Below are positions 13,051 to 26,838 of a stretch of DNA of 64,000 nucleotides, piece by piece (position 1 is the first letter of the stretch; every line of letters begins with the position of its first letter). The notes under the pieces were generated by a model that saw only the letters and a list, made by a program, of their open reading frames with translations, was not told where the DNA came from and did not search any database. The position numbers and the translations under genes are program-made. Location of the stretch: assembly GCF_006345805.1 (NCBI RefSeq), contig NC_043021.1, positions 7,130,001 to 7,194,000 on the forward strand, in the 5' to 3' direction. The stretch is from Octopus sinensis (lineage: Eukaryota).

Positions 13051-14439
13051 GAGTGGCAAAGGGTGGATAATTTTTTCTTTTTCTTTTGCTGCAATTATTT
13101 TCCCCATGCCCTGTCTTAATCATCATCATCATCACCATTGCTCTTCGTTTCTCTTTGTAATTACAAAAGGACTAATTTATATTTCATTGCCAACTGTTCA
13201 TTATTATTATTTGAAAAAAAAATTTTTGTTTATTTATTTTCTTATTTATCAAAGCCAAGGTCACCTTGAGAAATCAAAATTCCTGCCATCTGCAATTTGA
13301 TTGGCTCATTTAGGGGTTAAACCCTGACCTGTCTTCTTTATTATTATTATTATCATCATCATCATTATTACATTATTTTTGGAGTTTCGTTGACATCACA
13401 TTAATCAATGACCAAACATTGGAATCAGTGTTAAACAACAGCAGCATCCAAGAATAGCAGTTCTTAAAGTCTGATATGGATACACTTCTGTTGTCTTTCT
13501 CCCCTACCACCGTCACCTACCACTAGCATCAGATAATGGATGCATAGATAGAATAACAAGTTTCTATAAGCAATGTCTGAGTGACTATTTGATCCCTCAT
13601 ATTTCGTCTCGATACAAAAGAAGAAAGCTGAAAGTTCTTGATTTTGGAACATAGAACATAAGAAACCCTGCACTGTGTTATATATAGCATGTAACCATTT
13701 ATAAAGATTAGCAATTAAAATATATATTTATCTACGATTGATTAATTCTTGAAATGAAATAATGTTTATATTAGCTCTGTTGAGGAAAAGTTATGATCCA
13801 GGAGTTAATGAGAGTGCCATTTTGGCATCGCTTAACTTGTTCAATATAGCAGCCAAACTTCCCTCAAATTGCACATTTTATTTTTAAAATGACTCATTGT
13901 CTCTCTGATATACAAAGACAATGTGATGGTCAAGACTTGAATAACCTTTAATCATAGGTCCACTTGATCAAGGCTGACCTGGAGTTAAAGAATAACGTGT
14001 ATATGATCCATGAGCCATTCAAGGAGCCTGTATGTAGTTGTTCAACCTGCTGAAAATGATAATCAAAACTTATCTTAAAAAGAAGGATATATTGGATAAT
14101 ATAGTCTTAATGAAATATGGGATGGTCATGGCTAGAATGCTTTGACTGTTGAATTTGTGCTGATGGGATTGAATAAACAACATTCAATATATATGTATGT
14201 ATGTATGTATGTGTGTGTGTGTATGTGTTTGTCCCCCCCGCCACCATTGCTTGACACCGATGTTGGTGTGTTTACATCCCCATAACTTAGTGGTTTGGCA
14301 AAAGAGACTGATAAAATAAATACTAAGCTACAAAGAATGAGTCTTGGGGTTGATTTGTTTGACTGAAGGTTGGTGACTGAAGCATGGATGTTGTCAAATG
14401 ACTGAAACAAATAAAAGAATTTTATGGTGCTGAATCTTG

Positions 14440-15100
14440 GACTCTGTACTGAAAGTACATCAGCCAACCTGATGCTTTTCATATGCAATGCTTGCATACT
14501 ATCCCCAACATAAAACTAAGTGACCATAATTGTAACAATAAGTTACTAACAAAATGCAACATATCAAGTACTGAAACCATCCTCATCAAAATATAGCTTA
14601 GATGGTCAGGTCATCTCTCACGTTTAGTAATATCAGAATTCCAAAGCAACTTCTCTTTGGCCGATTCCCAACAGGAAGGTCAGTTGGAAGGCCACTCTTG
14701 CACTTCAGAGACAAACTAAAAGACAATCTGAAGTGATGCAACATTCCCTTTTCTTACTGGGAAAACAAAGCATCAGAATGCAGGACCTGACAACAATCCT
14801 GCTTCCCCTCAGTTCAAATATTTGAGCAAAGTCAGCTCCAACTTTGGGACCATCTTCGTGCAAGCAAGAAGGCACACTGGCAAAATGCTACTCCTCTAAA
14901 TGGAAACCTTACCTGACATTGTGGTTTTGTGGCATGAAGCAAAGCAGGCCTTACCATCCACTCAAGAAAACACAGTAAATGATCCACAAGCATTCGAGCA
15001 AACTGAGTCTTCAGTTTGTTTCTTTGCCAAAAGGTTTGCAAGGCACCACCAGCAGGCCTCAAGAGACACATTTGAGTCCATAGAACATGATTAATGCTTT
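14440..15100 (+). mobile_element. RTE/BovB-like LINE 3' fragment, degraded
   Basis: Across stops and frameshifts: FHMQCLHTI..., LRWSGHL, RIPKQLLFG, GRPLLHFRDKLKDNLK, and a terminal AGLKRH zinc-finger-like remnant. Confidence 0.85.
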
Positions 15101-16149
15101 ATTTTACTGAACTCTCACTCGTTGTTCACAAAAGTTTCCACCACACACACACGCATGCACACATGACAGGCTTCTTCCAGTTTCTGTCTACCAAATCCAC
15201 TCACAAGGCTTTGGTTGGCCCGAGGCAATAGTAGAAGACACTTGCTCAAGTGGGACTGGAAGCCTGTCATATATATATATATGTGTGTGTGTACATATCT
15301 AAGAGTGTCTGTGTTTTGTTTCCCACCACTGCTTGACAACTGGTGTTGGTGTGCTTATTTCCCTGTAACTTCGTGATTCAGCAAAAGAGACTGATAGAAT
15401 AAGTACCCGGCTTTACAAAAATAAGTCCTGAGAGTGATTTGTTTGACTAAAACACTTCAAGTGGGGTACCTTAGCATGGTTGTTGTCAAATGACTGAAAC
15501 AAATAAAATATATATATTAAGGCCACTGCTGTCATTTTTGCATTTATATCCCAGATACTCATTATGATTATGATAATGGCAGTGCTAGAGATGGTGGCGA
15601 TAGTGGTGGAGTTGGTTCTAATTTCAGTACTTAATTATGCATAATCAGATCTGTGAAACATGAAAGGCTTTTTGTAGCCAAATTTCTCAAGAGAATGGAC
15701 CGTCTGTCCATTTCAGTTACTTTCAAAAATAGCCAATACATTTATTGGTATTTGTTAATCAGTTAAGGGTTAACTAATTAATTTGTTTTAATTTCACAAC
15801 TCATTGAGATTGGAGAATGGAGTATTCTCTGTTTCTGCATCATGGGTATCTGTCTTTCAAACATGTACATTAGCTACATGAATATAATAATGCAGCAGTT
15901 GAATTAATTTGAAAGAAAGTGCATGGTTGCTTGGCTTGTTAGAAATAGCGGCCAAATCTTACTCAAATCGTACCTTATTGTCTTAGAAAAGAACACATAT
16001 AATGTAGACTTAGAGGAAAAGGAAGATAAGATGGTTGGAATGTTTTTTTTTTAAATCATAGGTCTGGTTCATAAGAGTCTATATGAGGACTTGATATGCT
16101 AGAAATAGGTGCCAAATCCCTTTCAGTAAATATTTCTTACGTTGTTACA

Positions 16150-16299
16150 CTCACGGAGTGGTTGGTGTTAGGAAGGGCATCCAGCCATAGAAACACTGCC
16201 AGATCAGACTGGGCCTGATGCAGCCTTCTGGCTTCACAGACTCCAGTTGAACCGTCCAACCCATGCTAGCATGGAAAGCGGACGCTAAATGATGATGAT
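16150..16299 (+). mobile_element. 5'-truncated SINE family A copy
   Basis: Family A body with (GAT)n tail; 9-bp direct repeat GTTGTTACA at 16141 and 16300. Confidence 0.85.
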
Positions 16300-16650
16300 G
16301 TTGTTACAAGAAGCAAATAATGTAAATTATATCATGGGGGGGGGGGGATTAGAATTGTTTGCACATTGGACTGCTGCATGGTATTTATTTTGGCTTTTTC
16401 AATTCAGACTTCAGTTCTGCTGAATTTAGGTTTGCCTTTCATCCTTCAGAATAAAATAAAGTACCAGTGAAGTACTGGGGCTGATTTAATAAACTAACCT
16501 TCCCTTCTAAATTTCAGCTCTTGTGCCTATATTAGAAATAGTTATCAGTGATGATGGTGTTGGAAGTTTAAATGTTTAGGGTGGATTGACTCCTTTTGGA
16601 AGTGAGCTTTTTTTCTAAATTACATGTAATTTTTTTTTCTCTAATGACAG

Positions 16651-16733
16651 GGCCAAATACCATAAATTAAAGTATGGAACTGATCTCAACCAAGATGAAC
16701 TAAAACCACCAGCATTTGATAAGAAAAATGAAG
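16651..16733 (+). CDS. STRN3: Striatin-family (STRN3/Cka-like) internal coding exon, 83 nt
   Basis: ttttttttctctaatgacAG|G GCC AAA TAC...GAA G|GTAAGT. Encodes (R)AKYHKLKYGTDLNQDELKPPAFDKKNE, matching the recalled striatin motif ERAKYHKLKYGTELNQ after the coiled coil. Confidence 0.95.
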
Positions 16734-17496
16734 GTAAGTTACTTTGATTGTTGACTGTCTGTGTCTCTGTCCGTTGTGTTGTTTGTCTCATGTAGTGTTG
16801 GTCACTGCATGTTTTGTCCCACAATTACCTATTCTGTTATTAGGTGTTTTCATCGAGGCATTTGACTCAGAGGGGAGGAGCTAATGAGAAAGCCAGTGTA
16901 TATAGTCACTTATCTTTCTAGAAATAGCAATCAGATCTTCCTTAAATCTATGCCAGCATGGAAAGTGGATATTAAAAATTGTTGACAGGATGGTCATGAC
17001 TGGAATGGCGAGTTCAGAGTTGACTTGACTTGGGATTAAACATCGGCGATGACAAACAAAAGAAATAGTGAAATACCTCTGAGAATGAGTCAACAGTTGG
17101 AACCCGACAAGAGTCCACAGCATTCCATTTCCACTTCATTCCATTTTGATGATGGAGCATCAGACTAAAAATGCACTGAGTTATGGAATTGTCCTTTGAA
17201 GTTGAAGAGTTGGAGTTGGGCGGTGGTGAGCAATAGCAGCTGGGTTTCAATCTTCACTCACACCACTCACTTCAAAGTGCCAGTCTCTCTGCTTTGTCAT
17301 CAACTGACATTTCAGGATTGTAATTCTGATTTATGTTGTTGTTGTTGGTGGTGGTGGTGTTATTGTTGTTGATGTGTGTGTGTGTGTGTGTTGGGGGGGA
17401 TGCATGCTTGTGTATATGTGTGTGTATTTGCTTGTTGTGTATATTGTATGTACCTTTGTGTGCGTGTATGCATGTACATGCATGTGTGTGTGCATG

Positions 17497-17531
<35 letters not shown>

Positions 17532-17640
17532 ATGTACACACACACACACACACACACATGTATCTATGAGTATGAATGTAAATATGTGTGTACACCCACA
17601 AACATTATACATACATTAAACTAGCAGCAACATTAAATAA

Positions 17641-17681
<41 letters not shown>

Positions 17682-18207
17682 TCTATTATTTGTTCAGTAT
17701 TTCTCAGTACCCGCACATCACCACCTCCCTCATTCACTGCTGTTCTTTTGAATTAGCCTTCATTTCTGAAAATATTCTTTGATTTCCTATTTCAGCTCTC
17801 TCTTTCCCCTATCTTCCTACCTTCCCCCGCATATATTTTTGGTTAATGTCTACTTTACTGTCCTCGTCTCCTATTTAACTCGGAGCGGTGCCGGGTAGCA
17901 ATGGATAACAAACTAGGTAATGTTATCAAGTGCTTTATGATCCTCTTGGTCTTCCATTCCTGCAATGGGAAAATGATCACCAGTAATATACATGGTCATT
18001 CAACTCTTTGTTTGGCATTTGGTATCAACAATGGAAATCTCTTACATCATTCCCTACTGTTTTAAGAGAAGAGGGACACATCGGATAATACAGTCCAAGA
18101 TAAGTTGCAGACGTGGTTGTGTAGTTAAGAAGTTTGCTTCCTAACCACATAGTTTCAAGTTTGTCCTAATGTGTGGCACCGTGGTAACTGTCTTTTACTA
18201 TAGCCCC

Positions 18208-18545
18208 ATCATTCATCATCATTGTTCGACCGTGGTCGAGACAATGGAATTTACCATGCTACGCCAGACTTCACGGTCCATCATAGCATTACGGAGGTCC
18301 TGTTGCTGGATGCCTGTATCCCTGGAGATTACATCAGGGTAGGAGAGTGTGCGCCCTCTGGTATTGCGAGTAGATGGCTTCCAGAGGAGAAGAGGAGAAA
18401 TTGCTTCGTTTTCAGCTCTACAACAATGTCCAGCAAACTGGACTCTCCTACATTTCACAAGAGATGACACAGGTGGTAGTTTCCCATATATTTGCATTTT
18501 GGTTGGATGACGCTTCCACGAGAGATTTTGAGCTCTTGTGAATGG
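18208..18545 (-). mobile_element. RTE-like LINE 3' end
   Basis: ORF LSWKRHPTKMQIYGKLPPVSSLVKCRRVQFAGHCCR...RGRTLSYPDVISRDTG...DREVWRSMV* followed by a (TGA)n tail. Confidence 0.9.
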
Positions 18546-19639
18546 ACTTGGTAGATGAAAACTGAAAAATGCTTGTTGTGTGTGTTGTGTGTGTGCATGC
18601 ATGTGCATATGTGCATAACCTTGTTTTGCCATGACATGGTGCATGTAAATGAGTGTTACTCTCTTACAAGCAATGTCCATAGTTTTCTAGTATTCTGCAA
18701 AAACACATCTGTTCATTGTGAAATATTATTTTGCTTGGAAACGGGTGAAGGCTGATGAAATGAAGGGCATCTTGTTGTAGAAAATCTGCCTTAGTAAATT
18801 CCATCTAACCCATGCAAGCATGGAAAAGTGGACATTAAAATGACGATGATGATAATATCCCTATAAACTACAAAGATGGAATGGTCATGACTGGAGTGTC
18901 TTTCCATTAGATGTCTGCTGAATCAAGGTTGATCTGGGCTAAGCGACAATAATGACAATAGCAATAATAATAATACTGAGTTTGGTAAACTAGAATTCAG
19001 TGTCAAAGCATGCACAGTGGTAAAAAAATTCTTGCAGCAGTTTTGGGATTTTTAACTTGTGTTGTTTATTATCTAGCACCTTATATGACATCTGATTGGA
19101 GCAGTGAACATGTAGATATGAATGACAGGCAAGAGCAGGACGAAACTGAGGGAGAACTGCTGGACTTCTGAAGCCAATGGTTGATGTGTGCAAGAGAGGC
19201 ACCAAACCAACAAACACACCTACTAGAAATAGCAGACTAATCTTCCTCAAATCACACCCTACTTTCTAAAAAAAGAAAAAGACATATTTAGATAATGTTG
19301 ACCTAGACACATTGTCTGAAGAATGGGATGGTCATTGCTGGAATGTCTTTGATCATTAGATTGCTTGATGAGAATTGACTTAGAGCTAAACAACACTATG
19401 ACTATAATGGTATATTACTGAGAAATTTATTGAATGATGAGTGATGCTGGTGGGGGAATGCCATATACTGGCATTTAAGTAAAAACATTCTACAGATAGT
19501 ACATGGCATTTTTTAAATTTTTTCATTGGATTTGTCTTGATCAAGCAAATCTGATTGAAGGCATTTCATCTATGACCAGCCTGCTTTTCTTTTTTTTTTT
19601 GTTCATACATAGTTTATCTTGAACTATATCATCAATTAC

Positions 19640-19985
19640 TGTGGCCATGCTGGAGCACTGCCTTTTAGTTGAATTATCGACCCCTGGACTTATTCTTTGC
19701 AAGCCTGGTGTTTATTCTATCGGACTCTTATGCCGAACTGTTAAGTTATGGGGACATAAACATACCAACATTGGTTGTCAAGTGATAGTGGTGAGGATGA
19801 ACACACACATAAATATATAAATACATATATGATGGGCTGCTTTCAGTTTCTGTCTACCAAATCCTCTCACAAGGCTTTGGTTGGACCAAGGCTATAGTAG
19901 AAGACACTTGCCCAAGGTGCCACACAGTGGGACTGAACCTGGAACCATGTGGTTGGGAAGCAAGCTTCTTACCACAAAGCTACAC
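19640..19985 (-). mobile_element. CORE-like SINE family B copy
   Basis: Reverse complement of the 44476-44880 element. Confidence 0.8.
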
Positions 19986-20539
19986 CCTTGCCTATTGTAT
20001 ATTATTCCTTTTGAAGACCTTAGCATGTGACTTGGGGGGGATTTGGTTGTTATATTTTTACAAATCAAGTGATCCCACATGAATTTTCTCCTTGGGTAGC
20101 TGTCTAGCGGCAGAAAGTAGTCATCTTGGTTAGTCACCAGCTCATCACTGTGGCCCATCATTCTCACCAGATGTTGCATAAAGGGAGTATGTGGTGAAGT
20201 CAGTTCCTAAGGGGTTTGATCTCTGATGAGTGGCTGTGAAGCAGATCTGTTCAACCCACCATTGTAACAGTAAATGGGGTTTCAAGACTTTGATGATGAT
20301 TATGCAGTGAAGCTGTGAACTTTGTTGTTAAGCCCCATGTCAGGCCTGAGTTATCATACCTACGATCAAAGGTATTCCAATTATGCCAATTATGTATTTC
20401 CCTTTTTTGAGACTTCTAATTCTGATTTATTGAAGATTTGGCTTCTATTTCTAGCTTACAGCTCAATCTATTCACCATTCATTTACAACAGAACTTAGTA
20501 GATTGAAGTGTGTTATTTGCACTGGAAATGTGTACCTGT

Positions 20540-20795
20540 AGTCAACATATTTGAGCTACTAGTTAACTACTAACTAGTATTTAAGTAGTAACTTATATTG
20601 ATCTCAACATATTTGAGCTATCAGTTAACTACCAATTAGTTAATCAGCACCTTCTATTGATCTCAGCATAGTGGAAGAAACGCTTAACTATTATTCAATT
20701 AGTCATTATTGGTAGTGGAGATACCAATTAATTTATTAGTAGTTTATGTAGATCTCAACGTAGTGGAAGAACCAGTTAACTACTAATTAGTACAG
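20540..20795. repeat. Degenerate ~60-bp tandem repeat (4-5 units)
   Basis: Recurring gatctcaaca(t)a...cagttaactac(t/c)aattagt. Confidence 0.7.
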
Positions 20796-21419
20796 GAATA
20801 TCCCACATTTTAGAAGTAAAAGTCTTGTGTTAACAGGGAGCTCTGTAATGTGAAATGAGTTTTCTCTTTGATTTTGTAACATGGAGGTCAAAAGAAAAAA
20901 TAGATTTTGCATTATGGAATTCCATATTATAGCAAAACTTTCAGGAATGTAGCACTTCTGTAACTTGAAGGAAGCCTGTATTTTATATTGTTCTCATTGT
21001 AGTGGGGGTACTATTTAACTGTTAATTAGAAGTTTATATTGATCTCAGTTTTGTATTTAATTGATAATTTCATTTTACAACTGAATCACATTTTGCAATG
21101 ATGAGAACATACATTGTGTCTGTATTGTATATCTGGAGTACTGTGTGTTTTGCACGAGTATGTTGGTATGACCCTTGTGACTGCAGACTGGATGGCAATT
21201 TATTTAACATCAAGAAGCTCCACAGAACCACCAAACTCTGTAGAGAACAGGTCTTGGAGATGCAGTATGCAAATAACTGTGCTCATGTGATCCTCACTTA
21301 AGAGGATCTTCAAATTATGCTTGCTGTAATGGCAAGTGTGTACAGCTAGGTGGAGTTGACTGTCAATCACTGAGACAGAAGTAGGGTGCCAATGGAACAC
21401 CGGTGTCTCATTCATTCAA

Positions 21420-21900
21420 CCTGCCCTCATTGTTGGGGATGATCAAATCTCTAAAGAGCATTGTCTCTGAGGATGATGACAACCAGAGTCACATCAAACA
21501 AGCTTCATCCCACCCTTGGAAGACTTAGGTGCAGAGTCTTTCAGGATAAGAGATTTCATTTCTCACTCTACTCTGTCACATACGGTCAGTATGTGTCACC
21601 ACCCTCCTCTATAGCTGTGAAGCTTGGGTAACCTACATCTGTTACATTAGACCTTTAGAGTGCTTCCACATGGGCTGCCTCCTGCACACTTTAAAGATTA
21701 ACTGGTATCATTGGATGGCTCACATTGAAATGCTTGCAAAGGGCCAACTGACAAAGTATCAAAGGTGTGATCACCCAGTGTGAACTGGAGCACATGATAA
21801 AGACACCGCCTTGTTTGTTGTCCTTCTTGAGTGGCAAAGGACCAGTTACACTATGGCTGATGCTAAGTTGTAGGACCAAAGAAGGATCAGATGAAGAATG
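21420..21900 (+). mobile_element. RTE/BovB-like LINE fragment (post-RT region)
   Basis: Translates LGRLRCRVF...TTLLYSCEAWVTY...LECFHMGCLLHTLKINW. Confidence 0.8.
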
Positions 21901-21906
21901 CTTTAA

Positions 21907-22125
21907 CCCTTCAGCATTCAGCTTTCTCTGTCAAATGTAATCCTCATTTATTCACTTTAATTCCAATTCATTATGCTTATCTTGTAGCTTTGAGATTTCA
22001 TTGACATGATTGTTTATTTTTAGAATGATATTGTAGGATAAGTGTGAGAGGCTGGATCTGGCCAGTTTGAAGATAAAGTGGGTAGAATATTTCAACTGGA
22101 TATGGCCAGTTTAAATGCTAAAGGG
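21907..22125 (-). mobile_element. piggyBac-like MITE family P2, inverted copy
   Basis: TTAA|CCCTTCAGCATT ... AATGCTAAAGGG|TTCA. Confidence 0.8.
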
Positions 22126-23224
22126 TTCAGGAAATAGTAGATCAGATCTGAGGGCTGAATGATGTTGCTGCTGGCCATACCACTCTTGAGTAGAGATTGA
22201 GTCTGTATGCTGGAGATGGAGAAGACAACCAGAAGGCAGTAGAAGAGTGCCAGGAATGCTGCAGTCATAGATATTACCATTACTGTTGTCACACCACCAT
22301 CACCACCAATATTATTTGTACATGCCCCACCTTCAATTAAAACTTGTGAGTTCAAGAAATGACTATTCATCCAAAAAGTCTCATTAAGGGAGTGACTGTC
22401 ATTGGATTTTGCTAGACAGCTCTAACATATGTTGTGTGTGTGTTTGTGTCTATGTGTGTGTATGTATATATATATGAATGAATAAATCTATCTCTGTCCG
22501 TCTGCGTAAGTATATGTATGCTGTGTGTGCAATGTGCCTGTATGTACCTATGTGATGTGGTGTGCTTCTGTTTGATGCGGATATGTTAGATGTATTTTTC
22601 ATGTGATAGGTTGCTATAGGAACGAAACACCCTGAAGCATTGACATTGTAGTTGAAAGAAGAAGAAAATTTTATTCCAAACATCTTATAATTATTTCCTT
22701 CTGCTCTCTCTCTCTCTCTCTCACTTCCCTCCTCCCTGTGGTCACTATCTCTACTATTGTATACAGCCACATATATATACACAAAATCTACCTCATCCTG
22801 CCACACCCTCTCATACTGACACTCTCTTTCACGATAAACCACCTCACATAATCCGACCCCACGAACCATGCTCCCCTCTTTCTCTACGTTACTATATTAC
22901 TATTGACCCTGTTGTTTTAACCGTTTGCAGCCGACTCCCAGATCCTCTTCCTGGACAACCACTGCATTTAATGCTGCACTTTAGTGCAGCTCTTACTAAG
23001 CACTTGATGACACTTGCTAAGAACAGCAACTGCAGTAGCAACAGGGGGAGTAATGATAGTAAGAACGATAGTATTGGTGATGGTGATAGTAGTAACAACT
23101 GTTGTGGCAGCAGTCATAAGAGCAGCCACTGTAGTAGCAGTTGTAGTAGTAATGATAGCAGCAACGGTAGTGGTAGCAGTGGCGGTAGCAGCAACAGTAG
23201 TAACACAGTATAATAGTAATTGTA

Positions 23225-23382
23225 CTCTCTCATCTCTGTCTGTCTGTCTGTCTATCTATCTGTCTATCTATCTATCTGTCTATCTATCTATCTATCTATC
23301 TTTCTATCTACCTATCTGTCTATCTATCTATCTGTCTATCTATCTATCTGTCTATCTATCTATCTGTCTATCTATCTATCTG

Positions 23383-23440
<58 letters not shown>
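23225..23440 (+). repeat. (TCTA/TCTG)n microsatellite, preceded by an AGY-rich tract (23030-23215)
   Basis: Read directly; explains the SIYL-repeat ORFs. Confidence 0.95.
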
Positions 23441-25057
23441 CTCCCCCTCTCTATATCTCTCTATGTATACACATATATGCAGTGTGTGTGTGTGTGTGTG
23501 TGTTTAGTTTTCACCTCTCCTCTGTTCTCTTACTCTTTTCCGTCTCTGTCCTTTCTCCTTCCTCTCCTCCCTTCCCTTCTTAATGTCTCCCATCATCCAT
23601 CTTCTATAATCTCATCTCATCTCTTTCCCTACATCTCTCTCTGTTTCTCTTCATTTCTTTCTCTCCATCGCCCTTTTCTTTATTCTCTCTCTTCCTGTAT
23701 ATCCCTCCCCTCTCTTACAACTTTTATCTCCACTTCATTCTTTGACTACATATTAATACTGTTGGTTGTGTTGCATTGTATTGTAAGTGTGTGTGTGTGT
23801 TTTCTACAATCTTTGCTATGGCACTGAGGTAATAACTCACTTATTGATTCACATCCAAACTCATTTTGGAAACAACCAATCGAATGCATTTTTATTTATT
23901 TGTCTATCTATTTCTTAGTCTCTCTCTCTCTCTTATTCATGGTGTGTGTGTGTGTGCTTGTGTGTAATCATCACCACATCAGCTATTCCATACTTGCATG
24001 GATGTATTGACCAAGTTTTCTGAGGTAGCATTTTATGGCTTGGTGTCCTTTTTGTCACCAGCCTTCTCCATGTCTGTTGTTACGTTCTGAGTTCAAATTC
24101 CGCCGAGGTCGACTTTGCCTTTCATCCTTTTCGGGGGTCGATAAATAAGGTACTAGTTTCGCACTGGCGTCGATGTAATCGACTTAATCCGTTTGTCTGT
24201 CCTTGTTTGTCCCCTCTGCGTTTAGCCCCTTGTGGGTGGTAAAGAAATATATGAAGCATAAAGGCATAGTGTATGTATTTTAAAATTAGGATGCACACAC
24301 ACACACACACACACACATATACCTGCACCCATCCCCCCACACAAACAAATATGTAAGTATGTATGAACACTTGCACACACTTGTGTAAGTGTCCATATGT
24401 ATTTGTGTATGTGCTTAGGTTTACATACATAGTCTTCTACCACTTAAGATACACCACATCTTTAGGACCAACAACACCACGGTAATAATTTGTTGGCAAA
24501 CGAGGGCATAAATAGTAAACCTAAGGTGGGAAACTTTTAGCCATGAGAACAAACTCTCTCCTCCTCCACCTCCTCTTCCTTCTCCACCACCTCCTCCTCC
24601 ACCCCTCATACTATTACTGAGGATAATACCTCTTCCTCCTCCTCCTCCCCACCACCACCTCTTCCCCCCTCCTCCTACTCATAATAATAATAATAATTTC
24701 TACATGAAGAACATGGCCTCAAATTTGGGGGAAGGGATTAAGTTGATTACATTGACCCCAGTGTGTAACTGGTATTTAATTTATCGACCCCCCCCCCCCC
24801 CAAGGGGATGAAGAGCAAAGTCAACCTTGGCAGAACTTGAACTCAGAATGTAGAGGCAGATGAAATTTCGTTATGTATTTTGCTTGGCATGCTAACGATT
24901 CTGCTAGCTCTCTGTCTTCAATAATAATAATATTCATCTTATAATTCATGGGAAGAGACCCTGAGAAACCCTGTGAGGCCATTGACAACTAACTGCTGTC
25001 CACTCTCACAGAATTAACTGGAGTGAGTAAGATCAAGAGCTCTGAGAAGTAAAATAC

Positions 25058-25096
<39 letters not shown>

Positions 25097-25637
25097 TAGT
25101 AGTAGTAGTAAAAGAACAATAAAAATGATTTCTAATATATTTTAATATGGATTTTTAATAAAATAATAAGTCAATGTATTTCCTGGCAAACCTATATGTA
25201 AACATTGAAATAGTGCTCTAAGGGAGTGCACACATTCCAAAGAAATCATTAAAATCATTACACATGTATGTGTGTATGTATGTGTGTGTGTGTGTAATTT
25301 TATGTCTCTTTTTCTGTGCCTACATGGTTTGGAGAGGTCTTCTCCAGCACAGCGTTTCTGTATTCGTTGCAGTTCTTCTTCATCTCCCCCATAAGGCTCA
25401 GCAGTCTGAGGTCAACTTCCACCACTTCTCACCCCTATTTTCCTTCATCTTCCTTTTCTGAAGCTTCCTTCTGCTTGGATTTCTTCAATCATTTGGCACT
25501 TCTTTATTCAGCTACCATCCTTGATCTGCATCATATTTCTGTAGCAGGTCACTTTCCACCCATGTCCACCCATGCACACTACATTTAATTCCTCTTACCA
25601 GTTCATTTGTGCTCCAACATTTCAACACACTAATACT

Positions 25638-26058
25638 ATACCTATTTCTTTACTACCCACAAGGGGCTAAACACAGAGAGGACAAACAAGCGCAGACAAA
25701 CGGTTTAAGTCAATTATATCGACCCCCAGTGCGTAACTGGTACTTATTTAATCGACCCCGAAAGGATGAAAGGCAAAGTCGACCTCGGCGGCATTTGAAC
25801 TCAGAACGTAGCGGTAGACGAAATACCTATTTCTTTACTACCCACAAGGGGCTAAACACAGAGAGGACAAACAAGCGCAGACAAACGGTTTAAGTCAATT
25901 ATATCGACCCCCAGTGCGTAACTGGTACTTATTTAATCGACCCCGAAAGGATGAAAGGCAAAGTCAACCTCGGTGGAGTTTGAACTCAGAACGTAGAGGC
26001 AAACGAAATACGGCTATGCATTTCGCCCGGCGTGCTAACGTTTCTGCCAGATCGCCGC
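25638..26058 (-). mobile_element. Tandem dimer of SINE family C (185-bp period)
   Basis: atacctatttctttactaccc starts at both 25638 and 25823; the second copy continues through the tRNA-like head. Confidence 0.9.
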
Positions 26059-26619
26059 CTTAATACTTATACCTCCAACAGACACTATCGCTACCATGCA
26101 ATATTGCACTTAGTACATAAGTATCATACTCAGATGGAGAATCCCATTGTTGCTAGCAGAGGTATCAGCTCCCTAAACTTTCTCCATTTTCTTTTTACTC
26201 CAGTTGTTAAGTTTTGGCAACAGCCCACCTCCACTTCTAATTAGGCCACATGGGTAAGAGAAGCTGCCAACTCCTTCTAACATATCCTCTGGGTTGAAAG
26301 AATTAATTTGATGAATACTTTTACTGCTAACTACTCCCTGTGCAGCTTTTCTGTTAACCTGCTTGTGAACCCACTGCATTTCTGTGTGCACCTATAGATT
26401 ACATTGTGTACACAGTCTAGAATTCCTGCCTACTCTTTTTTTCTGCAAGTTGATCTTGCCCATTTCTTAGATGTTCTGAATTCTTTTATTTTCTGCTAAT
26501 AGACATTTTCGTCTTTGCTAAGTTTATTTTTGAATGCCTTCATTCTCAGCCCTGCTTCCTTGTTTCACAACTTTCCCTCCATTTTTGATACTGCTTCAGT
26601 TATAAGTTTTAGGTTGTTC

Positions 26620-26838
26620 GAGCTGGCAGAAATGTTAGCATGCTGGGCGAAATGCTTAGCAGTATTTCGTCTCCTGTTACATTCTGAGTTCAAATTCCGC
26701 CGAGGTCAACTTTGCCTTTCATCCTTTCAGGGTCGATTAAGTACCAGTTACGCACAGGGGGTCGATGTAATCGACTTAATCCGTTTGTCTGTCCTTTGTC
26801 CCCTCTGTGTTTAGCCCCTTGTGGGCAGTAAAGAAATA
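26620..26838 (+). mobile_element. SINE family C copy
   Basis: gagctggcagaaatgttagc...gagttcaaattcc...aaagaaata. Confidence 0.9.

Noticed and set aside
1-16650. Upstream striatin exon (ARIAFLQGERKGQENLK type)
   Set aside because: Scanned for by eye and not found; presumed upstream of the window.
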